Assembly: GCA_039621445.1 (NCBI GenBank) | Contig: CP154954.1 | Coordinates: 1,426,001-1,490,000, forward strand | Reading direction: 5' to 3' | DNA: 64,000 bases | Source: Euglena gracilis | Lineage: Eukaryota | Part shown: positions 32,746-64,000 of the stretch, one piece after another | Numbering within the stretch: the stretch's first letter is position 1 | Layout: each line of letters begins with the position of its first letter | The notes under the pieces: generated by a model | What the model saw: the letters and a program-made list of their open reading frames with translations, nothing else | What the model was told of the DNA's origin: nothing | Databases searched by the model: none | Made by a program: the position numbers and the translations under genes

Positions 32746-35700
32746 ATGGTAAATGGTTGTAGAGTACGCTCTAATTTATTAGATTTGTGAATTAATTCTT
32801 AACTTTGGTTTTATTTATTACAAATAAATAAATAATTTTTTTTGGTATGTTTATGTTAGATAAAAATTTTACTGATGATACAACGAAATAGTTTTCGCTC
32901 CTTTTTAAAAAAGGGTTTGGTAGAAGAGTTAAGAAAAATAAAAGATATAGCTCATGAAGGCTTTAGGATAAGCTTTCAAACAGATAATGTGAAATATAAA
33001 AAGCCTAAAATATCTGCTGAATTTGCATTGAAAAACGGGGAAACATACAGTTTATCTGTTCATATACCTGTTGAAGTTACCTATAATAATATGTTCCTTG
33101 TTAGGAGAGATTTTTATTATTTTTCCTATTAATTTTATAATATATTTTTCATTATAATAATAAGTTTTTTTTTAGCAAAAAAGAATTTATTATCTTATTA
33201 AATAAATATATATTATTTGCAAAAATTCCTTTAATGACTGAAAAAGGTACGTTTATTTTTAACGGTAATAAAAGAATTATGGATGTGGTTTATATTATTA
33301 CTTTTAATTTTTTATTAATTATATTTATAAGTTAATTTTTTTTAATTTTTAGGTTTGAGTTTTTTTAATTCATTTTTAACCAAATTATTCGTAGTCCTGG
33401 CGTTTATTTTGAAAAAAATCGTTATAATGATTCCATATTTGCGACGTTAATACCAACTTTTGGTAGTTGGTTAACTTTTAAAATTGATGTGCGTTTTTAA
33501 ATGTTATTTAGTAATTTGGATTTTTAAATTATATTTTTACATTAAATTAAATTCTTTTTTAAAATTGAAAATTTTTTATATTTGGGTCAAGACGAGGGAA
33601 TTTTCGTTAAAGTAGACAAAATAAAGACAGCTATACCTTTAATAAATTTTTTGAAATGCTTAGGCCTATCCCGAAAAAAATTTTTTTTGTATCTTAACGA
33701 TCCTATTTTTATAGAAACGTTACAAGAAAGTGAGTCTTATGGTATTAGATTGGAATTTTTCGAATTTTATAAAATATTTTTTCCAAACGAAGTTAATGTT
33801 CGTTTTTTGAGATTTTTATATGTTTGATTTTATTATTTTATATTATTTTTTTAGTTAATAAGATATTAATTTTTTTTTTATTTTTTCAGATGTTTTTTTA
33901 TCTGAAAGGAAATGCCCGAAAATTTTTACGTTCAAAGTTTATGGATCTTGAGTTTATTCGTGTATTTTTTGTAATTTACAAAAGTTAAATTTTTTATAGA
34001 TTATTTTAAAATTTTTTGATTTATTATTTTATGCCAGCATTATTAGCCGAGATTAAACACGTAAATATGATTTGGGTGAAGTAGGTCGCTTTAGGGTTAA
34101 TACTAAAATTTATAGATCCGAATTTTTTCAAAGTAATAGAACTTTGCAACCCGAAGATGTTTTGGGTATAGCTCATTATTTGATTGAGTTAAAGAAAGGT
34201 TGGGAAATAATGAAGAATAATAGTATCTTTATTTGTTTGTTTATTTAAATTTATTAAAATTTTTATTTATTATAAAAATTTTTTAGCAATATTTTATTAA
34301 TGATACCTTTTGATGAGATCGATGATTTAAAAAACAAATTAGTACGTAGTATAGGTGAACTTCTTCAAAGTCAATTCCGAATTATTTTAAATGAATTAGA
34401 ATCTAGTTTAAAAGAAAAATTGATATTTCTTTATAAAAATCCTTCTGAAAAAACTTTTAGATTATCTAGATTTTTTAATTCTTACTTTATAACTAATCGT
34501 ATTCGAAAGTTTTTTTCTGTTAATCCACTTTCTCAATTGTTAGATGATACAAATTCTTTGTCTGAGCTTACACATAAAAGGAAGTTAAGTCCCTTTGGTC
34601 CTAATGGTCTTAATAAAGAAAGAACAAAGTTAGATGTAAGAGAAATAAATACTAGTCAATATGGAAGGGTTTGTCCTATTGAGACAAGTGAGGGAAAAAA
34701 TGCTGGTTTGATTTTATCTTTAGCAAAAGATGTAAGAGTTGATAAGTATGGATTTTTAGAAAGCCCTTTTTATAAGGTTTTGAGAGGAAAGATAGAAACC
34801 AATAAAGGAATTTATTTTATTTCTTCTGCGCAGGAAAAATATTTTACAGTAGCTCCGTTTGATGTCTTTAGAAGTTCTCAAAGTAATCTTTTAGATAAAA
34901 ATAAGCTTCTAGGTGTTAAAAGAAGTAAAATTTTTCATATTCTTTCTCAAAAAATATTGATTTTATAAGTATTTCAACAGATCAATTTACTTCATTAGGT
35001 ACAGGCTTAGTTCCTTTTTTGGAGCATAACGATGCTAATAGGGTTCTTATGGGTTCAAACATGCAACGACAATCTCTTATTTTATTGGAAAAGGAAGTTC
35101 CTTTTATAAAAACTGGACGCGAGGCTTTAATTAATCGAGAAAGTGATGCCACGGTTTTAGCAAAAAGTAGTGGAAAAGTAATTTATTCTAGTTTAAAAAA
35201 AATAGTTATTCAAGAGGAAGAATATTGTGCTAATATTGAATTTTTTAATAAAAATTATTCTTTTTTTAATTTATTGGGGTGCTTAAATGAAATATCTCAA
35301 AAAAATTTTAAACTTATTAAAAAAGTTAACCAAAAAATTTATTTTTTAGAGTCTCCTAAGAAATCGAATCACGGTGTTTATATTCAGAAATTCCTATTGT
35401 TCATGAAGGTGAGTGGGTTAGAAAAGGACAAATTATAGCTGATGGTATGAGTACATTAAGAGGTGGCATTTGTTTAGGAAAAAATGTTTTGGTCGCGTAC
35501 CTTGGATGGGAAGGTTATAATTTTGAAGATGCCGTAATTATTAGTGAAAGGCTTGTTTTTGAAGATATTTTTACTTCTATACATATGAAAAAATTTAAAA
35601 CTTTTATTGTAAATGATGAAAAAAAAGGTGTGCGAATTTAAATTTAGTTAATTTTGAAAATTTAATTCTTAATTTTATTTTTCGTAAATTTTGGTATAAA

Positions 35701-36991
35701 TATTATTTAGAGATATTTAATTATAACTTTTATTTGTTTTTAAAATTATTAATTTTTTTTATAACTTTTTCAAAAATTTATATTTAGCTTTTTTTCATAT
35801 TTCATTATTAATGAAAAATTAAATTCAATTAAAATTTTTTGATTTAAATGAAAAATGTTTATTTTATTTAATAAAGCTAAATCTATTATTAGTTTAGATG
35901 TTTAGTTTGAAAACGAATATTAATTTGTTAAGTTTTAAGAAAATATTAGTATGTTTATTCCTAATGCAAGTTTAAAAACTATTAAAAACTTGAAAAATAA
36001 TGGTATTATTAAAATAGGTTCAGAGATTAAAGCACAGGATGTTTTAATTGGAAGAATTAAAGTTAAGTTAAAAAATACGCCAAAAAATAAAATGTTAATA
36101 GCATTTTTTGGCAATAAGGTACGAAAAGACGTTTCTTTACGTTCTCCTCGCTCTTTGGTAGGTATTGTTACAAGTGTTGAGATTTTATGTAAAAAGTCGA
36201 ATTGTTCTGTTCTTATTCATGTTGCCGAAAAACGCAGAATACAAATAGGTGATAAAATTGCAGGACGGCATGGTAATAAAGGTATAATTTCGAAAATTGT
36301 TCCGTCTATAGATATGCCTTTTCTTCCTGATGGTACACCTGTTGATATGATTTTAAATCCTCTAGGCATACCATCTAGAATGAATGTTGGTCAAGTCTTT
36401 GAAAGTTTGTTAAACTTGTCTTCTTTATTTTTGAAAGAAAGGTATAAAATTCAACCTTTTGATGAAGTCCAAACAAGTATGAATTCAAAATCTTTTGTGT
36501 ATAAAAAATTAAATGAAGCGCGTAAAAGAACTAAAAAAGATTGGCTTTTTAATCCAAATTATCCAGGAAAAGCCTTTTTATATGATGGTAGAAATTGTAG
36601 GCCTTTTGATCACCCTGTAGCTTTTGGTTATGCGTATATTTTAAAATTAATACATATGGTTAAAGACAAAATTCATGCGAGAGTTACCGGCCCTTATTCT
36701 TCAGTAACTCAACAACCTTTACGTGGAAAATCGAAAAATGGTGGACAAAGGTTTGGGGAAATGGAGGTTTGGGCTATAGAAGGATTTGGTGCTGCATATT
36801 TGTTGCAGGAGTTATTAACTATTAAATCTGATGATGTATTAAATAGATCAGAAGCGTTATTTAGTTTAATAAATGGTACTTATTTTTCTAAGCCAAATAT
36901 TCCCGAAGCTTTCAAGTTATTTATTTTAGAAATGCAATCTTTATGTATTGATATTAAAATTTTTACAAATAATTATAAAAAATTCGATTAG
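32746..36991 (+). CDS. rpoB: RNA polymerase beta subunit, 9 exons (copy 3; homopolymer frameshifts at ~34932 and ~35388)
   Basis: Mirror of 24636-28880. The exon 8 ORF is split in three here but intact in copy 2. Confidence 0.9.
35630..35938 (+). other. rpoB intron 8, a 309-nt reduced group II-type intron
   Basis: 5' GTGCG after DEKKG, in-frame join to ENISMF, and a degenerate domain V AAGCTAAATCTATTATTAGTTTAGATGTTTAGTTT. Confidence 0.8.
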
Positions 36992-37074
36992 TTAAATTTT
37001 TGAGTTATTTTTTTTTTATGAAGTTTTTATGGTCAATTAAGACCTGATACTTATTTTTATTTATTTTTGTATTT

Positions 37075-40534
<3,460 letters not shown>

Positions 40535-40625
40535 ATACTTTAATTTTTTGTATGAGCTAAGTAGTTTTAAAGTTTATTATTTTATTGATTTATTTCAATA
40601 AGTTTGTTAAATTATTATTTTAATT

Positions 40626-44212
<3,587 letters not shown>

Positions 44213-44242
44213 TTAGCAAAATTTACTATAATTTGAGTAACT

Positions 44243-44315
44243 GGGGGTATAGCTCAGTTGGTAGAGCGTCTGCCTTACAAGCAGAATGTCAGCGGTTCGA
44301 ATCCGTTTGCCCTCA
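44243..44315 (+). tRNA. trnV: tRNA-Val(UAC), copy 3
   Basis: Same as 9905-9977. Confidence 0.94.
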
Positions 44316-44331
44316 AAGGTTATTTACTTTA

Positions 44332-44403
44332 TCCTTAATAGCTCAGTGGTAGAGCAATCGGCTGTTAACCGATCGGTCGTAGGTTCGAATCCTACTTAAG
44401 GAG
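44332..44403 (+). tRNA. trnN: tRNA-Asn(GUU), copy 3
   Basis: Same as 9994-10065. Confidence 0.94.
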
Positions 44404-44406
44404 TAA

Positions 44407-44480
44407 GGGCTTGTAGCTCAGTGGACTAGAGCACGTGGCTACGAACTACGGAGTCAGGGGTTCGAATCCCTTCTTGCCCG
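44407..44480 (+). tRNA. trnR: tRNA-Arg(ACG), copy 3
   Basis: Same as 10069-10142. Confidence 0.94.
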
Positions 44481-44525
44481 ATTGATTAGTAATTTCGTTA
44501 TTTTTTATGATCATTTAATTTTTAA

Positions 44526-44609
44526 TACAGGCAGAGAGACTCGAACTCTCACATCATAAAGACACAGGAACCTAAATCCTGCGCGTCTACCAAATTCCGC
44601 CATGCCTGC
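44526..44609 (-). tRNA. trnL: tRNA-Leu(UAG), copy 3
   Basis: Same as 10188-10271. Confidence 0.93.
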
Positions 44610-44680
44610 TTTATCAATATTAATAAATGTTAATATTGTTTTTTATTTATTTTAAAACGTGTTAAATAAATTTTGTTATT

Positions 44681-45276
44681 TTATATTCTACGTCTCTTGC
44701 TAGGTCGACATCCATTATGTGGTAAGGGAGTGACATCTCTTATGCAACTTATGCGTAGACCTAAACTTTGTACGCATTTTAAAGCTGTTTCTCGTCCGGT
44801 TCCAGGTCCACTAATGTTTATCTCAACTTTTTGAAGTCCTTGTTCTATAGCTTTCTTAACGGCAATTGCAGTAGTTGTCTTTGTAGCTAACGGTGTAGCC
44901 TTTTTCGAGCTTTTAAAACCGCATGCTCCTGAAGATGACCAAGCGATTACATTTCCTTTTGGATCACTTACCGAAACTAAGAATTTAATTAGATGTATTT
45001 TCTATTATTTAATATAAAGGAAAATTTTTTTTAGTTTTATTGTGATGATTTTTTGTATAATTTTTTTAATATTAAATCGCTTCATTATTATAAGTTGTTT
45101 TTTTAAGATATTGATTTTTAAATGCTTTTTTTTAAAGATAAAAATTATAATAACTTTATATTACATTATATACTATTAATTTTTGATTGCATGTAAGTTT
45201 AATCCCATAATATGGACAATTCCTTTTGGAAATTTTTTTTTTGTTATTTTGATTATTTTTTTTTTTGTTTTATCAT
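44681..45276 (-). CDS. rps11: Ribosomal protein S11 (copy 3; poly-A indel near the start)
   Basis: Direct repeat of 10343-10939. Confidence 0.87.
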
Positions 45277-45399
45277 TTTTTTATAAATAAATATTTCTTT
45301 TTAAGAACAAAATTTGCAAAAAGCATGATTTCCTTGAGTTTTTAATATTTATTTCATTTTTTATATTATTCACAATTTTCCCTATAAATTAATTTATAA

Positions 45400-46018
45400 T
45401 TAGACCTTGCGTGAATAGAATTCGATTACTAAAAGTTCATTAACTATTAACGATATCGCTTTTCTATTGATTAAACCAATAATTTTTGCTTCTAAGTTTT
45501 TTTTGTTAAGAGATAAATGTGGTGGTATTAATAGTAATTCTTTAGATTCTATGTTTTTTTGTATGACATTTTCTGATACAGTACTTTTTTTAGGTTTTAT
45601 AATACTTTTTGGTTGGCAAATAAAACTAGGTATATTGATAACTTTGTCATCTACACAAATGTGACCATGATTTATTAGTTGTTTTGCAGCCATTATTGTA
45701 GGTGCAAAACCTATTCGATGTACAATATTATCTAATCTCATTTCCAAAAAAGTTAGCAAAAATCTTCCGGATGATCCTTTTTTTTTCCTAGATTTTTTTA
45801 CATAATTTAGAAGTTGTCTTTCGGTTATTCCGTAGTTAAATCGCAGTTTTTGTTTTTTCTTTTAATCTTATGTTATATTTTGATATTTTTTTTTTCCTTT
45901 TAAAGGATGTTGCTGGTTGCCCTGGGGATTTTCTTTTCTTTGATGTTTTATTTGTAAGACTTGGAAGTTTTCCTATTCTACGAACTATTCGCAATCGTGG
46001 TCCTCTATATCTTGACAT
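45400..46018 (-). CDS. rps4: Ribosomal protein S4 (copy 3; +1 homopolymer frameshift at ~45855)
   Basis: Direct repeat of 11063-11680, split into 60-aa and 119-aa ORFs. Confidence 0.9.
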
Positions 46019-46094
46019 AGTTTTATCTATATTTTTTTTGATCTTAAATAACTTTTTCTATGTTAATTGTTTTTGTTGTTTAACATCTAATTGC

Positions 46095-46176
46095 GAGTTG
46101 TTGCCCGAGTGGTTAATGGGGGCGGATTGTAAATCCGCTAGTTCATCTTTCGCTGGTTCGAATCCAGCACGACTCA
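46095..46176 (+). tRNA. trnY: tRNA-Tyr(GUA), copy 3
   Basis: Same as 11757-11838. Confidence 0.94.
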
Positions 46177-46240
46177 AAATATTTTTATATTTAATCAGAC
46201 AGTTTTCGAGTTATAATAAATTTTTATTATATTTTTTATA

Positions 46241-46313
46241 GGTGGGTGTAGCCAAGTGGTAAGGCAAAGGACTGTGACTCCTTCATTCGCGGGTTCGATC
46301 CCCGTCATTCACC
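46241..46313 (+). tRNA. trnH: tRNA-His(GUG), copy 3
   Basis: Same as 11903-11975. Confidence 0.94.
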
Positions 46314-46328
46314 ATCTATTAATTTTTA

Positions 46329-46400
46329 GGCTCAGTAGCTCAGAGGTAGAGCAGGGGATTCATAAGCCCTTGGTCACAGGTTCAAATCTTGTCTGAGCCA
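46329..46400 (+). tRNA. trnM: tRNA-Met(CAU), copy 3
   Basis: Same as 11991-12062. Confidence 0.9.
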
Positions 46401-46404
46401 AACT

Positions 46405-46477
46405 GCGCTTTTAGTTCAATTGGTAGAACGTAGGTCTCCAAAACCTGATGTAGTAGGTTCGAATCCTACAGAGCGCG
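46405..46477 (+). tRNA. trnW: tRNA-Trp(CCA), copy 3
   Basis: Same as 12067-12139. Confidence 0.94.
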
Positions 46478-46504
46478 TTTATTTTTTTTCTTTATCTTAA
46501 ATTT

Positions 46505-46650
46505 GCCCCCATCGTCTAGAGGCCTAGGACATCTCCCTTTCACGGAGGCAACGGGTTTTCGAATTCTCCTTAATTTATTTCGGGTAAAAAGCTCAGTTGG
46601 TAGAAGCGTGGTCCTTCAAGTCCAATGTCGCGCTTTAAAAAACGAAATCA
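46505..46650 (+). pseudogene. trnE and trnG, copy 3, progressively corrupted (probably sequence error)
   Basis: trnE matches to ~46554, then loses its T arm and acceptor stem. trnG is recognisable only in pieces (GCTCAGTTGGTAGA, CAAGTCCAATGTCGCG). Confidence 0.7.
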
Positions 46651-46950
46651 CAGTAATTTTTTTTTTTTGTATTTAGAAGTTAATTTTATTTTTTTTAATA
46701 TTTTTTTTATATTAATACGATTCATCTTATTTTTTTTTTTTTGTTTTTTCTTTATTTTCTTTTTATTTTTTTATTTTAATTTTTTATCTTTTAAATTTTA
46801 TTTATAAATAAATATGGGAAAATAAAAATGTTAAAATTGTAAAATAATTTTTATCTTATCTTTTTGATTTTAAATAAAAAATATTAGATTATTTTATTTT
46901 TATTTTTTTTTTTTTTTTTTTCTTTTTCTTTTCATTTTTCCTTTTTTTTT

Positions 46951-46981
<31 letters not shown>

Positions 46982-47135
46982 TTTTTTTTATATTTTTTTT
47001 TTTTTTATTGTTCTATTATTTTTTTTTTTTTATTTTTTAAATTTGTTTTTTTTATTTTTTTATATATTTTTTTTATTTAATTTTTTTTTTTTTTTTTTTT
47101 TTTTTTATTTTATTTTTTTTTTTTTTTTTATTACA
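46650..47135. other. Low-complexity poly-T junction segment
   Basis: Runs of up to ~25 T joining the trnG region to inverted mat1. Confidence 0.9.
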
Positions 47136-47142
47136 ATGTGTT

Positions 47143-48476
47143 ATTTTGTTAAAAAAATTAATGGATTCAGATAAAAAAGTCAAGTGACCAAAAGAAAAAC
47201 AATTTAAAATATGAAAGTTATATTTTTTTGATACAGTATTGAACGATTCAGAAACTAAAAAAGATTTAAATAATAATCGTTTAGAAGAATAAAAATCTTG
47301 TTTAGATTCTGAATTAAAAGCAGAGAAAGCGTGTTTTTTTACAAAAAAAAGTGAATATGATAAACTTCTTAAATCCGAATATTTGTGATACTCTCTCCAA
47401 TTCTTTATTACTGGATATAACTTAGAGGCTTTAACGACAGAACCATAATTTGAATTGTTAACTATTCTTTTAACTCGATTAAGGAAAAATTGATAATTAT
47501 TAAGGCTAGGAATTGCAGAAATACCATTTTTAACTTTTTCCGAAAATTTAAAATGCCAACCTAAAAAATCAAAACCCTTAGTGTTGGATACAAGTAAAAA
47601 TTTAGAAGAATTCTTTTTTATACCTCGCGTATAAAGTAAAGAGAGAATTTGATTTGCAAGTATTTTTTCATTATCCATGGGTCGTAAAAAAAATAACATA
47701 TAATAACCATAGCGCACACAATTATGAACGTTTTCAACTCCATTTAACATAACGTTTAATAACAAAGAACTAAAAGTCGAAATTTGACACTCATTTTCTG
47801 GAAAGTGCAAATTGAAACCTAATTCCAACAAACGAAAAATCCCTAATTTAATATTTCTCGGAGCAATTAATTTTTTCATCAAATAATCATAATTAAAAAT
47901 AGAAAAATTACAATTTAACTCAACTTTTAAAATTCTTTTTTTACTACCAAACGAAATATTTGATAAATTAAGCAAAATAGCTTGCTGAACCTTATAAATA
48001 GGAACATTATAACGAAAACCAAAATTAAATGGATGAAAAAAAGCTTCATGAACAGGTTCAAGGGCAAATTTAATCAAAACTTGCCAGGAACGATCCGAAA
48101 TAGTCGAAATTGTATCTGAGATTAAATTTTCATTTAAATCGAAAACACATCTTTTCCTTAAAGATTGAGGCTTCCAATTATTCCAATTTTTTCTTAAATA
48201 TTCGTTTAATTCAAATCTTTCCAAAAAATTTAAAGTAGTTTTTCCATCAACTCCTGAAATTTTTTTATTGAAACTCAATTGTGTTACTTCGCGAATAGCT
48301 AACAATCTTGCACAATTAGATTGAAAAATAAGTTTTTGAAGCTCATATAAATTTTTCTTATCATGAATATAAGAAACTTTAAATAAACGCCTTTGAACTT
48401 TAAATAATAAACGAACAGATTTTTCCCAAGAAAAATTTTGATAAAAAGAAACTTGAAAAATTTCATAAAAAATCAT
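47143..48476 (-). CDS. ycf13: Maturase mat1, inverted copy lacking the last ~13 codons
   Basis: Identical to 61842-63218 up to NFFNKI; the poly-K tail comes from the poly-T junction. Confidence 0.88.
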
Positions 48477-48561
48477 AAAAGAAAATAACAACAAAATATA
48501 AAAACAAAAACTTTAAATCATAAAAAACCACCCCCACAAAAATTAGAATTCAAAACACACC

Positions 48562-54630
<6,069 letters not shown>

Positions 54631-54849
54631 GTTAGGGTGATTTAAAAAAACAATAAGTCCCTCCTCAAACGTACATGAACATTTTAATTCATACTTTTCT
54701 CTTCTATTTTCTAATTCTACGAATCCAAGATATAAATTTCAATTTAACTTCAAACAAAGATAATCGAATAAATTTCTAACTTCTCAATATTAATTATCAT
54801 TCATAAAACCATTTGTAAAAAAAAAAGGTTAAATTAAAAATTTTTTTTT

Positions 54850-55564
54850 CATTTTCAAATATTGGTATTTCCAATTTTTGAAGTAAAATTTTAAGAGATA
54901 AAATTTTGTTTTCGATTATTTTAATGATTCATAAATATGTATCTCCATTTTTTAAATATTTTAAAAAGTGGCTTGGTTTTCTTTAGAATTTTAAAATTAT
55001 TCTCTTTTTTTTTATTGGATAAAAAATAACAAAATCAATTTTCTTTGGTATTTCTTAATTTTGAAATTTTTTAATATTTTAAAAAGCTGCAAAAGGTTAT
55101 ATTTTTTAAAAGATCAACAACGTTTTTTTATAAATACCATTGAAGGGAAAATTATATTTAAAGGTTTTAGCGTTGGTTTATCAAAAAAAAATAGTATAGA
55201 ACTGAAAAATTTTTTTTCAAATTCTTTAAAAGGTAAAAAATTTTTTGCCACTTTTGGTAAAAATTTTTTTAATTGTTTTGACTATTACGATTTGAGGACA
55301 CTTATCTTTCAAGATAAATCATTTGCTAGAGAGTATTTTTTTCGAAAATGTAAAGGATTTTGCCCTCTTTGTAAAAGAGATTTTTTACTTTGCAATTTTA
55401 AATTTTATTATGTAGTTCCAATTAATTTGAATTATTTAAAAAAAATTTTTAATGTTATACCTTTGTGTTTTTGTTGTTACAAAATGGTTTTTATGATTAT
55501 GAAAATTAATAATGTGAGAAGTTTAGAAAAATTTATTCGATTATCTTTGTTGAAGTTAAATTGA
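54850..55564 (+). CDS. C-terminal part of an intron-encoded protein in the large psbD intron, with a degenerate HNH/C4 zinc domain
   Basis: The frame 55061-55564 contains CKGFCPLC...FYYVVP...NVIPLCFCCY and stops ~43 nt before domain V. The 5' extent is uncertain and truncated by the fold-back. Confidence 0.7.
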
Positions 55565-55606
55565 AATTTCATATCTTGGATTCGTAGAATTAGAATAGAA
55601 GGAGAG

Positions 55607-63601
<7,995 letters not shown>

Positions 63602-64000
63602 GTGCGGCACGTAATTTTATATTTTGGATGTTTTTCTAATTTTTTAAATCGCATTATATTGTATTTATTATTATATTAGTTACTAATATGACAAATCATT
63701 TGTCACTCTAAAAGATGTTTAAAAAAGATGTATTAAATAGCAGTTCTTTTAAAAATGAAAGATAAGTCTTTTATTTTTAGTTTAGATAAGTTTTGACAAG
63801 TTTGTGATAGGAGACACTATTATTCTAATTAAAGCTTTTATAAAAAGGCTAAATCGATATATTTAATCTTGCATTTTATTTTTAAGCTCAAAATTATCCT
63901 TTATTTACTTACTAGAAAAATTTCATTTTACAATATTGTGAACGTGTAAGCAATTAATTTTCTCAAATTTTGCAAAAGAAGTTTGCTCTCGATTATATAT
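63602..64000 (+). other. Group II intron, psbC intron 5 (partial)
   Basis: 5' GTGCGGCACG where CP43 homology ends. Confidence 0.85.

Noticed and set aside
46625..47142. Phe-rich 60-aa ORF and the poly-Lys tail on inverted mat1
   Set aside because: Products of low-complexity junction sequence; the forward mat1 has a normal C-terminus.

Overview
AT-rich euglenoid plastid DNA. Gene content, the group II and ~100-nt group III introns, twintrons and the maturases mat1 (ycf13) and mat2 match what I recall of Euglena gracilis chloroplast DNA. The window is not a native linear stretch but a zig-zag mosaic of six segments: (A) 1-~1300, a psaA fragment; (B) ~1320-13645 (+), rpoB 3' end, rpoC1, rpoC2, trnV-N-R, trnL/rps11/rps4 (opposite strand), trnY-H-M-W-E-G and psbB 5'; (C) 13646-~30550, the same block inverted and extended through all of rpoB to 5S and the 23S 3' end; (D) ~30950-46650, a third copy (+) from 23S to trnG; (E) ~47140-54850, an inverted psbD 3'/psbC 5' block; (F) ~54850-64000, the forward copy of that block. 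The junctions are error-rich or low-complexity, and the copies differ mostly by homopolymer indels. The palindromes are therefore most likely fold-back/chimeric artefacts of amplification or long-read assembly, though in vivo U-turn rearrangement or a nuclear plastid insertion cannot be excluded from sequence alone. The real biological interest lies in the introns: an intron shared by the overlapping psbD/psbC genes, nested twintrons, micro-exons, an intercistronic intron, and an intron ORF with a degenerate HNH/zinc domain. Most of this is already known for Euglena, and I found no convincing undescribed system. Splice boundaries were read by eye and may be off by a few nt.
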